Under the pieces are notes generated by a model that saw nothing but the letters and a program-made list of their open reading frames with translations, had not been told where the DNA came from and did not search any database. A stretch of DNA of 64,000 bases from Candidatus Spyradenecus sp. GTDB lineage: Bacteria > Verrucomicrobiota > Verrucomicrobiia > Opitutales > UBA953. This document shows, in pieces, positions 21,427 through 29,998 of this stretch (the stretch's first letter is position 1; each line of letters starts with the position of its first letter). The stretch lies in NCBI GenBank assembly GCA_045535075.1, contig JAZSKX010000017.1, forward strand, positions 32,001-96,000. Reading direction: 5' to 3'. The translations under genes and the position numbers were made by a program.

Positions 21427-22350
21427 TTAACAGCCGCCGCCGCATCCTCCACGGAAACGGGATTTCGATTTCTTTGCCGTTAGCCAATAAGCAATTAATG
21501 TTTTTTGGAGTTCGGAAAACTGATCCTGCAATTTAACGCTAATCGGAGGCGTTGCCAAAAAATAAAGGAGTGCATGGAAATCGCGATCACCTTGAAGTTC
21601 CAACGGGACTTTGAGAATGTCTGATTCACGGGAACGCCACCGGGAAACACTCCTTAGCAGGAGAAAGTATTCGTAAATTTTTTGAGGATTATTTTCCGCC
21701 CAGCCGAGCAAGGCATCGCGCTCCCGTGCGAGAAGACGCTCGCGTTTCCCGATTAAATATTTTTGGCGAATATACATAAATTTCGCCATTTCTAATGCCA
21801 AGTTCCCATCTCGAATTTTCGTTGTTTTGGGAAGTTCGAGAATCGGTTTGTATAATTCTTCCGGCGAGTCATTTTCCGCTTCCGAGAAAATATCGGCTAC
21901 AATTTTCAGACTCATCTCGAATTGCTCCCTGGCAAGCTCCGGTGCCAAATTTTTCATTTCGGAAGAAAGTAATTCTTCGAGAAAACGCTCTTTCGCCTGG
22001 ATGTCAACAAGGGCGATTGACTCCAACCACCGATTTCCGCTCTTACAAAAATCGTCAAACGGCATACGCCACCCAAGCAACTCATTGTAAGTTTTCTTAT
22101 TTTTTTCAAATCGTTCCCGCGCTTTTTCCTGCGTTTTTAAACTCGGAATCTCAACAACAACATTTCCGGAAGAAACTTCGCGGGAAACCGGCTCATCTTC
22201 GTCGTAGAAATAACCAAACCGCAACGCCTTTTTCTCGTATTTTTGCGTTTTCGCGGTTTTTTCTCCGTACATAACAGGACCTGCCGGACGCGCAAAAAGC
22301 AAACTGCATCCGACAAAGAAAAAAGCCAAGATCGTTGAGAGATTATTCAC
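21427..22350 (-). CDS. Hypothetical exported helical protein ('Y3'), ends GGCGGGC
   Basis: 307-aa ORF with a hydrophobic N-terminus (possible lipobox FVGC); GTG start overlaps the X2 stop by 8 nt. Confidence 0.7.
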   Translation of the reverse strand: MNNLSTILAFFFVGCSLLFARPAGPVMYGEKTAKTQKYEKKALRFGYFYDEDEPVSREVSSGNVVVEIPSLKTQEKARERFEKNKKTYNELLGWRMPFDDFCKSGNRWLESIALVDIQAKERFLEELLSSEMKNLAPELAREQFEMSLKIVADIFSEAENDSPEELYKPILELPKTTKIRDGNLALEMAKFMYIRQKYLIGKRERLLARERDALLGWAENNPQKIYEYFLLLRSVSRWRSRESDILKVPLELQGDRDFHALLYFLATPPISVKLQDQFSELQKTLIAYWLTAKKSKSRFRGGCGGGC

Positions 22351-23725
22351 TGGATTGCCCCGGACAAAAATCTTTTTTCACTGAAATACTTAATCCTGTT
22401 CCAGACCACAGTACGCCATCAGAATCAACGCTTACGAGTTTAATTTTTTTACACGTTGCAACCTGAACACTCTTCGGTGAAATCTCTTTCTTGTAGTCTC
22501 TCTCATCATTCTCTGTTTTCTCTATTTCAACTAATTCCTCTTCAGAAGCGACCGTCCACCTAACAGGAATTTTCCACGTTAACGTCCCAAGTATAGCTCC
22601 TTCTTCTGCATCCAAAAAATCCTTACTATTAAAGAAATCGTAAGGAAATTCAAATATGCCAAACCCGACAGTATCTTCCCAATCGTTTTCTTTCTTTAAA
22701 GCCATAAGTTCAGTTCCAGGTTCATGGACTGTCCCCGACATTCCCGAAAATATTCCTGTCGCACTCCTCTCTCCAATGCATTCCCAAAATCGAGCACCGG
22801 CGAATGAAACATCAGTAGGGTGTACTACTACTTTATATTTTGTTGTCATTCCTACCTCGGCTCGGACAGTCACTTTTTCTCCCGAATCAAGCTTACTAAC
22901 CGTTTCATAGAACGCATTTCGTTCATCAATAATTTCCTCGCCTATTTGGAATTCCGGACAGACAACAGAAATAAAATCCTTTAAAACCTCTCCGTCCGCA
23001 AACATCGCAAGTAACACAACATCCCCATCCACATAAAACCTATCCCCTAGAATTTCAATATTCCCCGCAGTTGGCGGAGTAATCGTCAACACGCTTCCAT
23101 CGGCAAACTCAAGTCGTACAGACGAAGGTCCTTCCAACTCCAAACTTTCATCATCTTTAGAGCGAATCCAAATTTTTAAAGATTCCCCGACTCCAATTTT
23201 TCGGCGCTCTGAAATCGGATAATTTTCTGTTAGCCCCGCATTTCCCGCATTCGGAGGGGCATAGAGAAAGCCTATGTGTAGCTTCCTTAAAGACCGTTTC
23301 AGAATAATTGTTACGTTAAGAGAATATGGACCGCCGATGGTTTCGTAATTCCCACTAAGAGAAAGGCTGTCAGAGGGAGAGCTTATCCATTGCTTTGTTT
23401 CATCCTCGCTCGGATTATGCAAGGTTGAACTCGCTGAAATTTCCCCGATATTCACAGTTGCGGTATCATCAGAAGAAACACGTACGGAATAAAGATTCGC
23501 GGAGTATTTAATGCTACAGGAAAATGCTGCCGTAAATTTTTGTTGGTAATAGGGTGCTGTTCCTGAAAACCCAAACGAAATCGTTGTTATTTCATACGCG
23601 CCGGAAATCTCCCGTGTAACAGCAGGAATTATGCTTTCCGCCAAGCCTTCAGGCGGGTTTTCTCCTCCACTCACAAAGCGCCAATCGGATATAAAACTCT
23701 GCCAATTTAATGTTTCCGTGCTCAT
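22343..23725 (-). CDS. Hypothetical protein 'X2', paralog of X1, with one PA14-like unit
   Basis: Starts MSTETLNWQSFISDWRFVSGGENPPEGL as X1 does; shares VHPTDVSFA..FWE and W..PVRW. Confidence 0.75.
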   Translation of the reverse strand: MSTETLNWQSFISDWRFVSGGENPPEGLAESIIPAVTREISGAYEITTISFGFSGTAPYYQQKFTAAFSCSIKYSANLYSVRVSSDDTATVNIGEISASSTLHNPSEDETKQWISSPSDSLSLSGNYETIGGPYSLNVTIILKRSLRKLHIGFLYAPPNAGNAGLTENYPISERRKIGVGESLKIWIRSKDDESLELEGPSSVRLEFADGSVLTITPPTAGNIEILGDRFYVDGDVVLLAMFADGEVLKDFISVVCPEFQIGEEIIDERNAFYETVSKLDSGEKVTVRAEVGMTTKYKVVVHPTDVSFAGARFWECIGERSATGIFSGMSGTVHEPGTELMALKKENDWEDTVGFGIFEFPYDFFNSKDFLDAEEGAILGTLTWKIPVRWTVASEEELVEIEKTENDERDYKKEISPKSVQVATCKKIKLVSVDSDGVLWSGTGLSISVKKDFCPGQSSE

Positions 23726-23769
23726 TGTTTTATCCTTTTGGGTTATTTGTTCGTAGAGGGAAAAACATT

Positions 23770-23802
23770 CTACGCGGAAGCGAGAGAGGCGCGGAGGCGG
23801 GC
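23770..23802 (-). pseudogene. Duplicate of the last 10 codons and stop of atpH
   Basis: Encodes ARLRASLASA* like 27432-27464, with three synonymous differences. Confidence 0.8.
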
Positions 23803-23971
23803 GCTCTCCGAAATCGCATCGTCTGAACACGATCCGCCAACACTCCGCCTTCTTTAATCGGCTCATCTTCGTCGTTCATAGTTGTGATTTCGTTTTAAGT
23901 TTTTTTGTTAAAGGGGGGTTAGATCCATTTTGTTTTTCTCGACGCGCCTCCGCCTCACAAATCGCATTATA
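23801..23971. repeat. ~170-bp direct repeat, copy A (Y 3' end + atpA leader + X fragment)
   Basis: Near-identical to 24834-25009; contains the atpA leader CATAGTTGTGATTTCGTTTTAAG also found at 21375. Confidence 0.9.
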
Positions 23972-24766
23972 GATTGGGATAAGACTTTGATGGATACATC
24001 CTTCTTCATTTTTGTGTTCTTTGAGATAACGCTCCGACATTTTTCCAAAGTTTGTTTTTTGGAGAATTCGGCTCTTTTCGAAAAGCTCAAGGGGTTTATC
24101 CATGTCATCCGGATACGCTCTGATAAGCAATGAAATAAAATCGTCGACCACTACTAACAACGCCGTCATGTTGGTACGATATCTTATTCGACGCAATCTG
24201 TAAGAGTAAAAATCTTCACGACGTTTTAATTGTGCAACGACGTCCGCTTCGGTAAGATTCCGCGCACGAAGCGCATCTCCTTCAATTTTCAGCTGAACAC
24301 GCCCCCAATCGTCCTCACTTAAAAAATCCGCAATGAGCGCAGATGCCATTTCCGCGTTTTGGCGTAAAGATTCCATAGAAGCCCCTCGGAAGGGCGGACG
24401 ACAAAGCTCCTTCATGAAACGAAGCTTTGCAATTATCTCTTTCTCAATTTTCGGATTAGGTCTGAGCGGATTCCCCTCGTAGTAGAAGGATCCGTATCGA
24501 GGATTGCTGTATTGAGGATTATTAAATTCATCATAAGAAACGCGGCGTTTATACAAAATTCGGAATCGTTCTTCCCGAGGCAAAGCTAAAAAATCTTTGT
24601 TTTCCGGGAAAATAATGGCCCCCGGATGAGCTTCACGCATCATAATATTCGCCAACCACCGGCTATCTTCCTCTCGCGAAGGAAGATTCTCTCCCCTTTG
24701 TTCTTCCGCATGAACAACCACACAGAAAAAGCAAAAAAGAATTACCAACAATCGCCGCAAAAACAT
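23876..24766 (-). CDS. Hypothetical secreted helical protein 'Y2', paralog of Y1
   Basis: Signal peptide; shares NAE.ASAL.AD.LSE..WG and IYNAICEAEARREKQNGSNP with Y1. Confidence 0.75.
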   Translation of the reverse strand: MFLRRLLVILFCFFCVVVHAEEQRGENLPSREEDSRWLANIMMREAHPGAIIFPENKDFLALPREERFRILYKRRVSYDEFNNPQYSNPRYGSFYYEGNPLRPNPKIEKEIIAKLRFMKELCRPPFRGASMESLRQNAEMASALIADFLSEDDWGRVQLKIEGDALRARNLTEADVVAQLKRREDFYSYRLRRIRYRTNMTALLVVVDDFISLLIRAYPDDMDKPLELFEKSRILQKTNFGKMSERYLKEHKNEEGCIHQSLIPIYNAICEAEARREKQNGSNPPLTKKLKTKSQL

Positions 24767-24768
24767 TA

Positions 24769-24912
24769 TTAAGAAATCCTTTCGCTCTTAAATTCCTTGG
24801 AAACATGAACTTCGAGCAACGGCGACGGTGGAAGCGCTCTCCGAAATCGCATCGTCTGAACACGATCCGCCAACGCTCCGTCTTCTTTAATCGGCTCATC
24901 TTCGTCGTTCAT
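24769..24912 (-). pseudogene. Orphan C-terminal fragment (47 aa) of an X-family gene, started by a copy of the atpA leader
   Basis: MNDEDEPIKEDGALADRVQTMRFRRALPPSPLLEVHVSKEFKSERIS* aligns with the X1 tail DGCLPDRVQTMTLYKNQTPPPLLTVVVKKVF. Not in the supplied ORF track. Confidence 0.7.
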
Positions 24913-25009
24913 AGTTGTGATTTCGTTTTAAGTTTTTTTGTTTTTGTTAAAGGGGGTTAGATCCATTTTGTTTTTCTCGACGCGCCTCCGCCTCACAAAT
25001 CGCATTATA
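24834..25009. repeat. ~175-bp direct repeat, copy B
   Basis: Near-identical to 23801-23971. Confidence 0.9.
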
Positions 25010-25717
25010 AATACATTGTTCCTCAGATCTCCATCTCGAAAATCCTTTTTTATACTCGTCGGACATCTTCCCTTTATGTGTTCTTTGGGGAATCAAACTT
25101 TTCTCGTAGAGGGCAACTGCCGCATCCCAATCGTCCGAATAAGCCTCAATAAGCAACTGATGAAACTCCCCCATGTCGTTAGGTCCGGTGTTGCTAAAAC
25201 TTCTCTCCACTAAAAACAGTCTGGCTTCATAAAACGAGCGTATCGCCTTCAAGCGCTTAGTAAATACGTCCTTATCAAGGTTTAGAGCTTGGAGTCGTTG
25301 CTCAGCTCTTTTCAACTGCTGCTCGCCCCATTCTTTTTCACTCAAAAGATCGGCAAACAATGCAGACGCTTTTTCTGCGTTACTTCTCAACTCATCCCGC
25401 GTTACATGTTTTTTACAATAGGCCCTGCACAGGGAATACGCCAGATAGCGCTTAGCACGAATCTCACATCGAACAGAGACGATTCCAGGCCCCCGGGGAT
25501 ATTTGTCTTCTTCATAAGAAACTTTGCGCCCAAGCAAGATTTTGTAGCGCTCCTCAACGGGAAGGCTCCAATATTCCTCTATCGTTCCCGCATAAATAAT
25601 TTTTCCGGGAAAAAATCGTTCTTCCAATATTTTCGCCATGGAAACCTCTTCTGCAGTAGCGGCATTCCCGCAAAAAAGCAACAAGGTCCATAAAACTAAT
25701 TTAAACAGGATATTCAT
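24947..25717 (-). CDS. Hypothetical secreted helical protein 'Y1'
   Basis: Signal peptide MNILFKLVLWTLLLFCGNAATA; start overlaps the X1 stop; paralog of Y2. Confidence 0.75.
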   Translation of the reverse strand: MNILFKLVLWTLLLFCGNAATAEEVSMAKILEERFFPGKIIYAGTIEEYWSLPVEERYKILLGRKVSYEEDKYPRGPGIVSVRCEIRAKRYLAYSLCRAYCKKHVTRDELRSNAEKASALFADLLSEKEWGEQQLKRAEQRLQALNLDKDVFTKRLKAIRSFYEARLFLVERSFSNTGPNDMGEFHQLLIEAYSDDWDAAVALYEKSLIPQRTHKGKMSDEYKKGFSRWRSEEQCIYNAICEAEARREKQNGSNPL

Positions 25718-27383
25718 TTCCAAAAACTTTTTTTACCACAACTGTAAGTAGCGGCGGCGGAGTTTGATTTTTATACAAAGTCATGGTTTGAACTCGATCG
25801 GGCAAGCAACCATCCGCACGTATCATCGAATTTTGCCCTTCCTCGCCCGGATTATTCATGCTCCATCTTACCGGACAAACCCACTTCAAGACTCCAACAT
25901 CGCCAGCCTCCGACACAATCGCGGACTCGATTGTGTCGTCTGAAAAATTTGCAGCATAAAACGCACAATCCGTCCATTGGTTTTCACCATACAATTGGCA
26001 GGGTTCAGCCGGCAAATGAGCTGTATCAAGTCCAGGCTCCAAAAACAATCCGGATTTTTCCTCCGGGTGTTCATTCTCCCAAAAATATAAGTACGCAAAC
26101 GAAACGTCCGTCGGATGAACCGTTATCAAATAATAGTTCCCGTCGTAATAAGGATTTCCTTTATAGTCAATTCGTCGTTTAGCGATCTGTTCTTCTGTCT
26201 CCCCGTGCCACTTCAAAAAATTCACAAATTCTTCTTCCGTTAGCTTTTTTACCGTCTCGTGCGTAGGGTATTTAATTGTAAATTTCAACGGAATTTCTTC
26301 TCCATCGTCAAAACAAGCAATAAGTTGACACTCCCGCTCCGACTCCCCGTTTTTGGGAAGAAGACTTGTCTTTGCGCAAACCTCGTCTTTGTACAAATCA
26401 TAAGACTCCGCCCAAGAATCAGGCGCTCCTAGGAGTTTTTTTGTGTATTTATGCCTTAGTCGAACATGGGCAACCTCTGATACGCCAAACACATTACGTT
26501 CAGCAAGCTTCCCCTTAAGCTCCTCCTCAGAGTATTCCGGAACATGCATTAGCTCATCCGGCGTGTTTAAGAGAGTTTCAAAATAAACTTCCCGTAACGA
26601 CCGTTTTACGGTAATGGTTACAGAAAGACGATACGGACCACCGGCGTTGTGATAGGAAACGGAGATTGGGAACGTATTCGGGACTTTCTCTATCCAACCG
26701 GAATCATACCTCGCAGGATTGTTCAAGGTTGCCCTCACGAGATAATCTCCGACGGAAACCGTCGCCTCGTCGTCAGCTTCGACGCTGATTTCCACCCAAC
26801 TCCCACCGTCAATTTCAAGCGGAAGACTATCCCACGAAAATCCCAACGTATCAGATCGGGCGTTCCCGCTAAACGAAAGTCTCGCCGTTTTTATTTCATA
26901 GGGACCGGACTCTGTCCATGCTTCACTGACAACCCATTTTGCGCCAATTAAACGCTTTAAAGTAATCGTTACCGAAAGTGAATACGGACCGCCTATTGTT
27001 TCAAATGTTCCCGAGACTGCCGGAAGATTGCCTGCGGTGTCGCTCCACGCGGACGAAGCAATACCTCCGGCGTTAAGCCGCGACGAAACAAAATCCACTC
27101 CTCCAAGTTGCACGGTTGCGGTATCATCCGACGAAACAGATACTTCGTAAAAATTTACAGCTCCCAAAACACGAAACGAAAATTCCGCCGTGAATTTCTG
27201 CTGATGATACGGAGCCGTTCCCGAAAAACCGAACGAGATGGTTGTAATTTCAAAAAGTCCGTCCGAACTTCTTGTAACCGCCGGAACAACACTTTCCCCC
27301 AAGCCTTCCGGCGGGTTTTCTCCTCCACTCACAAAGCGCCAATCGGATATAAAACTCTGCCAATTTAATGTTTCTGTGCTCAT
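25701..27383 (-). CDS. Hypothetical protein 'X1' with two PA14-like units
   Basis: 560-aa ORF with an internal repeat (VSSDDTATV...ETIGGPYSLSVTI / VEADDEATV...HNAGGPYRLSVTI); no signal peptide seen. Confidence 0.75.
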   Translation of the reverse strand: MSTETLNWQSFISDWRFVSGGENPPEGLGESVVPAVTRSSDGLFEITTISFGFSGTAPYHQQKFTAEFSFRVLGAVNFYEVSVSSDDTATVQLGGVDFVSSRLNAGGIASSAWSDTAGNLPAVSGTFETIGGPYSLSVTITLKRLIGAKWVVSEAWTESGPYEIKTARLSFSGNARSDTLGFSWDSLPLEIDGGSWVEISVEADDEATVSVGDYLVRATLNNPARYDSGWIEKVPNTFPISVSYHNAGGPYRLSVTITVKRSLREVYFETLLNTPDELMHVPEYSEEELKGKLAERNVFGVSEVAHVRLRHKYTKKLLGAPDSWAESYDLYKDEVCAKTSLLPKNGESERECQLIACFDDGEEIPLKFTIKYPTHETVKKLTEEEFVNFLKWHGETEEQIAKRRIDYKGNPYYDGNYYLITVHPTDVSFAYLYFWENEHPEEKSGLFLEPGLDTAHLPAEPCQLYGENQWTDCAFYAANFSDDTIESAIVSEAGDVGVLKWVCPVRWSMNNPGEEGQNSMIRADGCLPDRVQTMTLYKNQTPPPLLTVVVKKVFGNEYPV

Positions 27384-27431
27384 TGCTTTATCCTTTCGTT
27401 TGAGTTATTTGTTTGTAGAGGGAAAAACATT

Positions 27432-27842
27432 CTACGCGGAAGCGAGGGAGGCTCGGAGGCGAGCGAGCGTTCCCGCAAGCGAGGCATCGTAAACATCGTC
27501 GCCGACCTGGACGCGCAAGCCGCCGAGAAGTGCGGCGTTTTCCGTGGCGACGGGCACAATCGGGCGATTATAAATTTCGGAAAAATGCGCAGCGATGGCA
27601 TTTACCGTTCCCGCAGCGAGCGTTCCCGCGTATTCAATGCGAGCTTCGGAAAAACGCAGTTCGCGGGCGACGGCGGCGTAAAACGCCTCAAGAATCGGAC
27701 GCAATTGCGCCGACGGGAACGCCTTGGGGAGTTCCGAGAGCACGGCTTTGACGCGCGCGGCATCGATGTTCCCGTCCGCCCCGCGCGAAAGCTCCGTGAG
27801 CCGCGCCGTCACTTTCTGCAAATTTTTATCTTTCTTAGCCAT
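27432..27842 (-). CDS. atpH: ATP synthase F1 delta subunit (short form)
   Basis: LLGGLRVQVGDDVYDASLAGTLARL; operon position. Confidence 0.9.
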   Translation of the reverse strand: MAKKDKNLQKVTARLTELSRGADGNIDAARVKAVLSELPKAFPSAQLRPILEAFYAAVARELRFSEARIEYAGTLAAGTVNAIAAHFSEIYNRPIVPVATENAALLGGLRVQVGDDVYDASLAGTLARLRASLASA

Positions 27843-27867
27843 TTTCTTTTAAAAATTTATTTTTTAG

Positions 27868-28885
27868 AGAAACCACGAATTTCACGAATGAACACGAATT
27901 TTATTCCGAAGATTCGAGCGTAAAATTTTCATTGCTTAAAAGCATTCGCCGTTCCCGCTCGATTTGCGGAATGCCTTTCGGCGGACACGGCAAATCTTCC
28001 GGTAAAGTTCCGCCGAGATCTTTAATCGTTTCGCGAACTTTTTTGCCGACTTCGTAATGAGCGGAATTTGCGGCGGTTTTTCCCGTGATGTTTTCCCGAC
28101 GGATTTTCTCCTCCGCTTGCGTCGCACGGAAAAGGTTCGCGGCAAGTTCCGTGCTACCCATGTGATCGAGAATTTTTTGATTTTTCTTCAACCCTTTGTG
28201 CGCGTGGATCGCTTTCGCGTCCATGCCGCCGTAAAGCCCTTTGTAGCCATGATTTTGGAATATTGCGTAGTCCAATTCCGTGCGAACTCCGGCTTGTTTG
28301 GCTGTTTCGACAAGAGCTTTATTGTGTTCCCGCAACTCGTTGCGCAAAAACAATCGTCGATCCTCTTCGCTGAGAGCCTTAAAGGCAGCATCATCCGCAA
28401 GCTCCTGTCTCCGCGTTTGAATCGCGAAATACGTTTGTCCAAGCGCGATAACGGGCTTCGTCGGATCGCCGTTTTGAACGATAAGGTAACATGCGTAGCG
28501 CGAGAGGTGATAATCTTCGATTTCGCGTTGAGCACCTTTCGCGGCAGTGATCAATTTCACCTTGAGGTGAAAATGATCCGAAGCCTTTGCCCCCGCGGTT
28601 TCGCAGGCGGTTTGGGCTCGAACGATTAGCTCTTTGAATTTTTCCCAGCGGCTGTATTCCAGTGCGGGGAAAAGCTCTCGCGCAGACCAATACTCCCCGC
28701 CTTCGGCAGTGGTGTGTCGGAGCGCTTCAAACGTTTGATTATGTTTTTCGGGAACGGTCATGTGTTTTTATTTTTCGGAGAAGAAACCACGAATTTCACG
28801 AATGAACACAAATGTTTTTAACGCAAAGTAAAAAAAGAATTCCGTGGTTAAAATCATTCGTGGAATTTGTGTAATTCGTGGATTC
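27868..28885 (-). mobile_element. dinD cassette bounded by identical 28-bp direct repeats, plus one inverted arm
   Basis: AGAAACCACGAATTTCACGAATGAACAC at 27868-27895 and 28782-28809; imperfect complementary arm at ~28856-28884. Mobility is inferred. Confidence 0.6.
27901..28761 (-). CDS. dinD: DNA damage-inducible protein D (BRO-like N-terminus)
   Basis: EYWSAREL, LSRYACYLIVQNGDPTK, QTYFAIQTRRQE and LDHMGSTELAANLFRATQ. Confidence 0.9.
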   Translation of the reverse strand: MTVPEKHNQTFEALRHTTAEGGEYWSARELFPALEYSRWEKFKELIVRAQTACETAGAKASDHFHLKVKLITAAKGAQREIEDYHLSRYACYLIVQNGDPTKPVIALGQTYFAIQTRRQELADDAAFKALSEEDRRLFLRNELREHNKALVETAKQAGVRTELDYAIFQNHGYKGLYGGMDAKAIHAHKGLKKNQKILDHMGSTELAANLFRATQAEEKIRRENITGKTAANSAHYEVGKKVRETIKDLGGTLPEDLPCPPKGIPQIERERRMLLSNENFTLESSE

Positions 28886-28907
28886 TCCTTTCTTTAAGCA
28901 TTAAGCT

Positions 28908-29465
28908 CTAATCTTTCTTTATCTCTTTTGCGGCGGCTTCGGCGAGGCGGGATTTTTCCGCGGCGGGAAGGTCTCGAGCGAGGAGCTTGGCGGTTGTTTC
29001 GACAACGAGCGCGGCGACTTCGCCTTTCAGATCGGCGAGCATTTTTTCGCGTTCCCGCGCGATGTTTTCGGCGGCACGCTTTTCGGTTTCCTCAGCGCGG
29101 GAAATCGCGTCTTGCGCGGCTTTTTCCACCGTTTCCTTAGCGGCTTTGCGGGCGGATTCGATGACGGCGGCGGCTTCCTGCGCGGCTTGCGTCATTTTCG
29201 CCTTGTAGTCGGCTTCGGACTGCGCGAGCTTCGCCTTCATTTCATCGGAAAACTGCAAGCCTTCCGCAATTTTTGCCTGTCGCTCGGCAATCGTTTTCAT
29301 CAGCGGGCGGAAGCCGAAATACCACACGACGAGCGCGAGCACGGCAAAGCTGATAATTTGGACGACGAGCGGGCCGGCTTCGATGCCGAATTTCGTTGTT
29401 ACCTGTGTAAATTTGTTTCCGCCTTCAGCGGCGGGAACGGCACTGGCTAAAATTTGAGCAAACAT
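28908..29465 (-). CDS. atpF: ATP synthase F0 subunit b
   Basis: Single TM segment (QIISFAVLALVVWYFGFRPL) followed by a coiled coil; ATG at 29465. Confidence 0.93.
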   Translation of the reverse strand: MFAQILASAVPAAEGGNKFTQVTTKFGIEAGPLVVQIISFAVLALVVWYFGFRPLMKTIAERQAKIAEGLQFSDEMKAKLAQSEADYKAKMTQAAQEAAAVIESARKAAKETVEKAAQDAISRAEETEKRAAENIAREREKMLADLKGEVAALVVETTAKLLARDLPAAEKSRLAEAAAKEIKKD

Positions 29466-29504
29466 TTTTACGTTGGGGAAAATTGGATAGATAACCGGTA
29501 GGGG

Positions 29505-29615
29505 TAGTGAATAATGAATAGTGAATAATAAATGGTTCATTGCTAAAGTTTTTGCACGAATGAGCAAAAACTTTGAACACTGCGTTATTCGTTATTCACT
29601 ATTCATTATTCACTA
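29505..29615. repeat. Empty heptamer palindrome at the atpE-atpF junction
   Basis: Perfect 24-bp arms TAGTGAATAATGAATAGTGAATAA / TTATTCACTATTCATTATTCACTA with inner stem AAAGTTTTTGC / GCAAAAACTTT. Confidence 0.85.
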
Positions 29616-29621
29616 ACTTTC

Positions 29622-29843
29622 TTACGCCAGGAAGAGCACGTAGAACGCGATAGCTTCCGCAAGCGCCATGCCGAGAATCGCGAGAACGAGAATTTTCCCG
29701 AACGCGCCCGGATTGCGCCCGACGGCTTCGACAGCCTTGCTGCCGACCCATCCGACGCCGATAGCTGCCGCCGCGCAACCGAGTGCGACGTGGAGGCTTC
29801 CGTCAACGGCTGCTGCCGCTTGTGCGAGGAGTGCTGTAATCAT
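29622..29843 (-). CDS. atpE: ATP synthase F0 subunit c
   Basis: Two TM helices, GRNP loop and the conserved Glu in ALAEA. Confidence 0.95.
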   Translation of the reverse strand: MITALLAQAAAAVDGSLHVALGCAAAAIGVGWVGSKAVEAVGRNPGAFGKILVLAILGMALAEAIAFYVLFLA

Positions 29844-29859
29844 GTTGTTATACCTTTTG

Positions 29860-29970
29860 TTATTGTGGGTTATTGTGGGTTATTGTGGATTCCGGCGTGG
29901 ACGCTCTCGGCATCCTCCCGCACGGAAAAAGGGAATAAATAAGGCAGACGTGATAGTTGATAACTGATAG
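29860..29970. repeat. Short tandem repeats at the atpB-atpE junction
   Basis: TTATTGTGGG x3 (last imperfect) at 29860-29889; heptamers TGATAGT TGATAAC TGATAG at ~29951-29970. Confidence 0.6.
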
Positions 29971-29998
29971 GGCACTTATCCGTTTTCAGATTTGCCTT

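Noticed and set aside
23726..23866. N-terminal extension of X2 (MSRLKK...) and the similar ORF at 24663-24899
   Set aside because: These are off-frame readings of the duplicated junction. Homology with X1 places the X2 start at 23725, and the meaningful frame in the repeat is MNDEDE.
21427..27383. Integron cassette array
   Set aside because: No integrase and no attC-like palindromes; the junction repeats derive from atpH, atpA and the X/Y genes themselves.
27868..28809. 28-bp direct repeats as a CRISPR array
   Set aside because: Only two copies, separated by a whole gene; no spacer periodicity and no cas genes.
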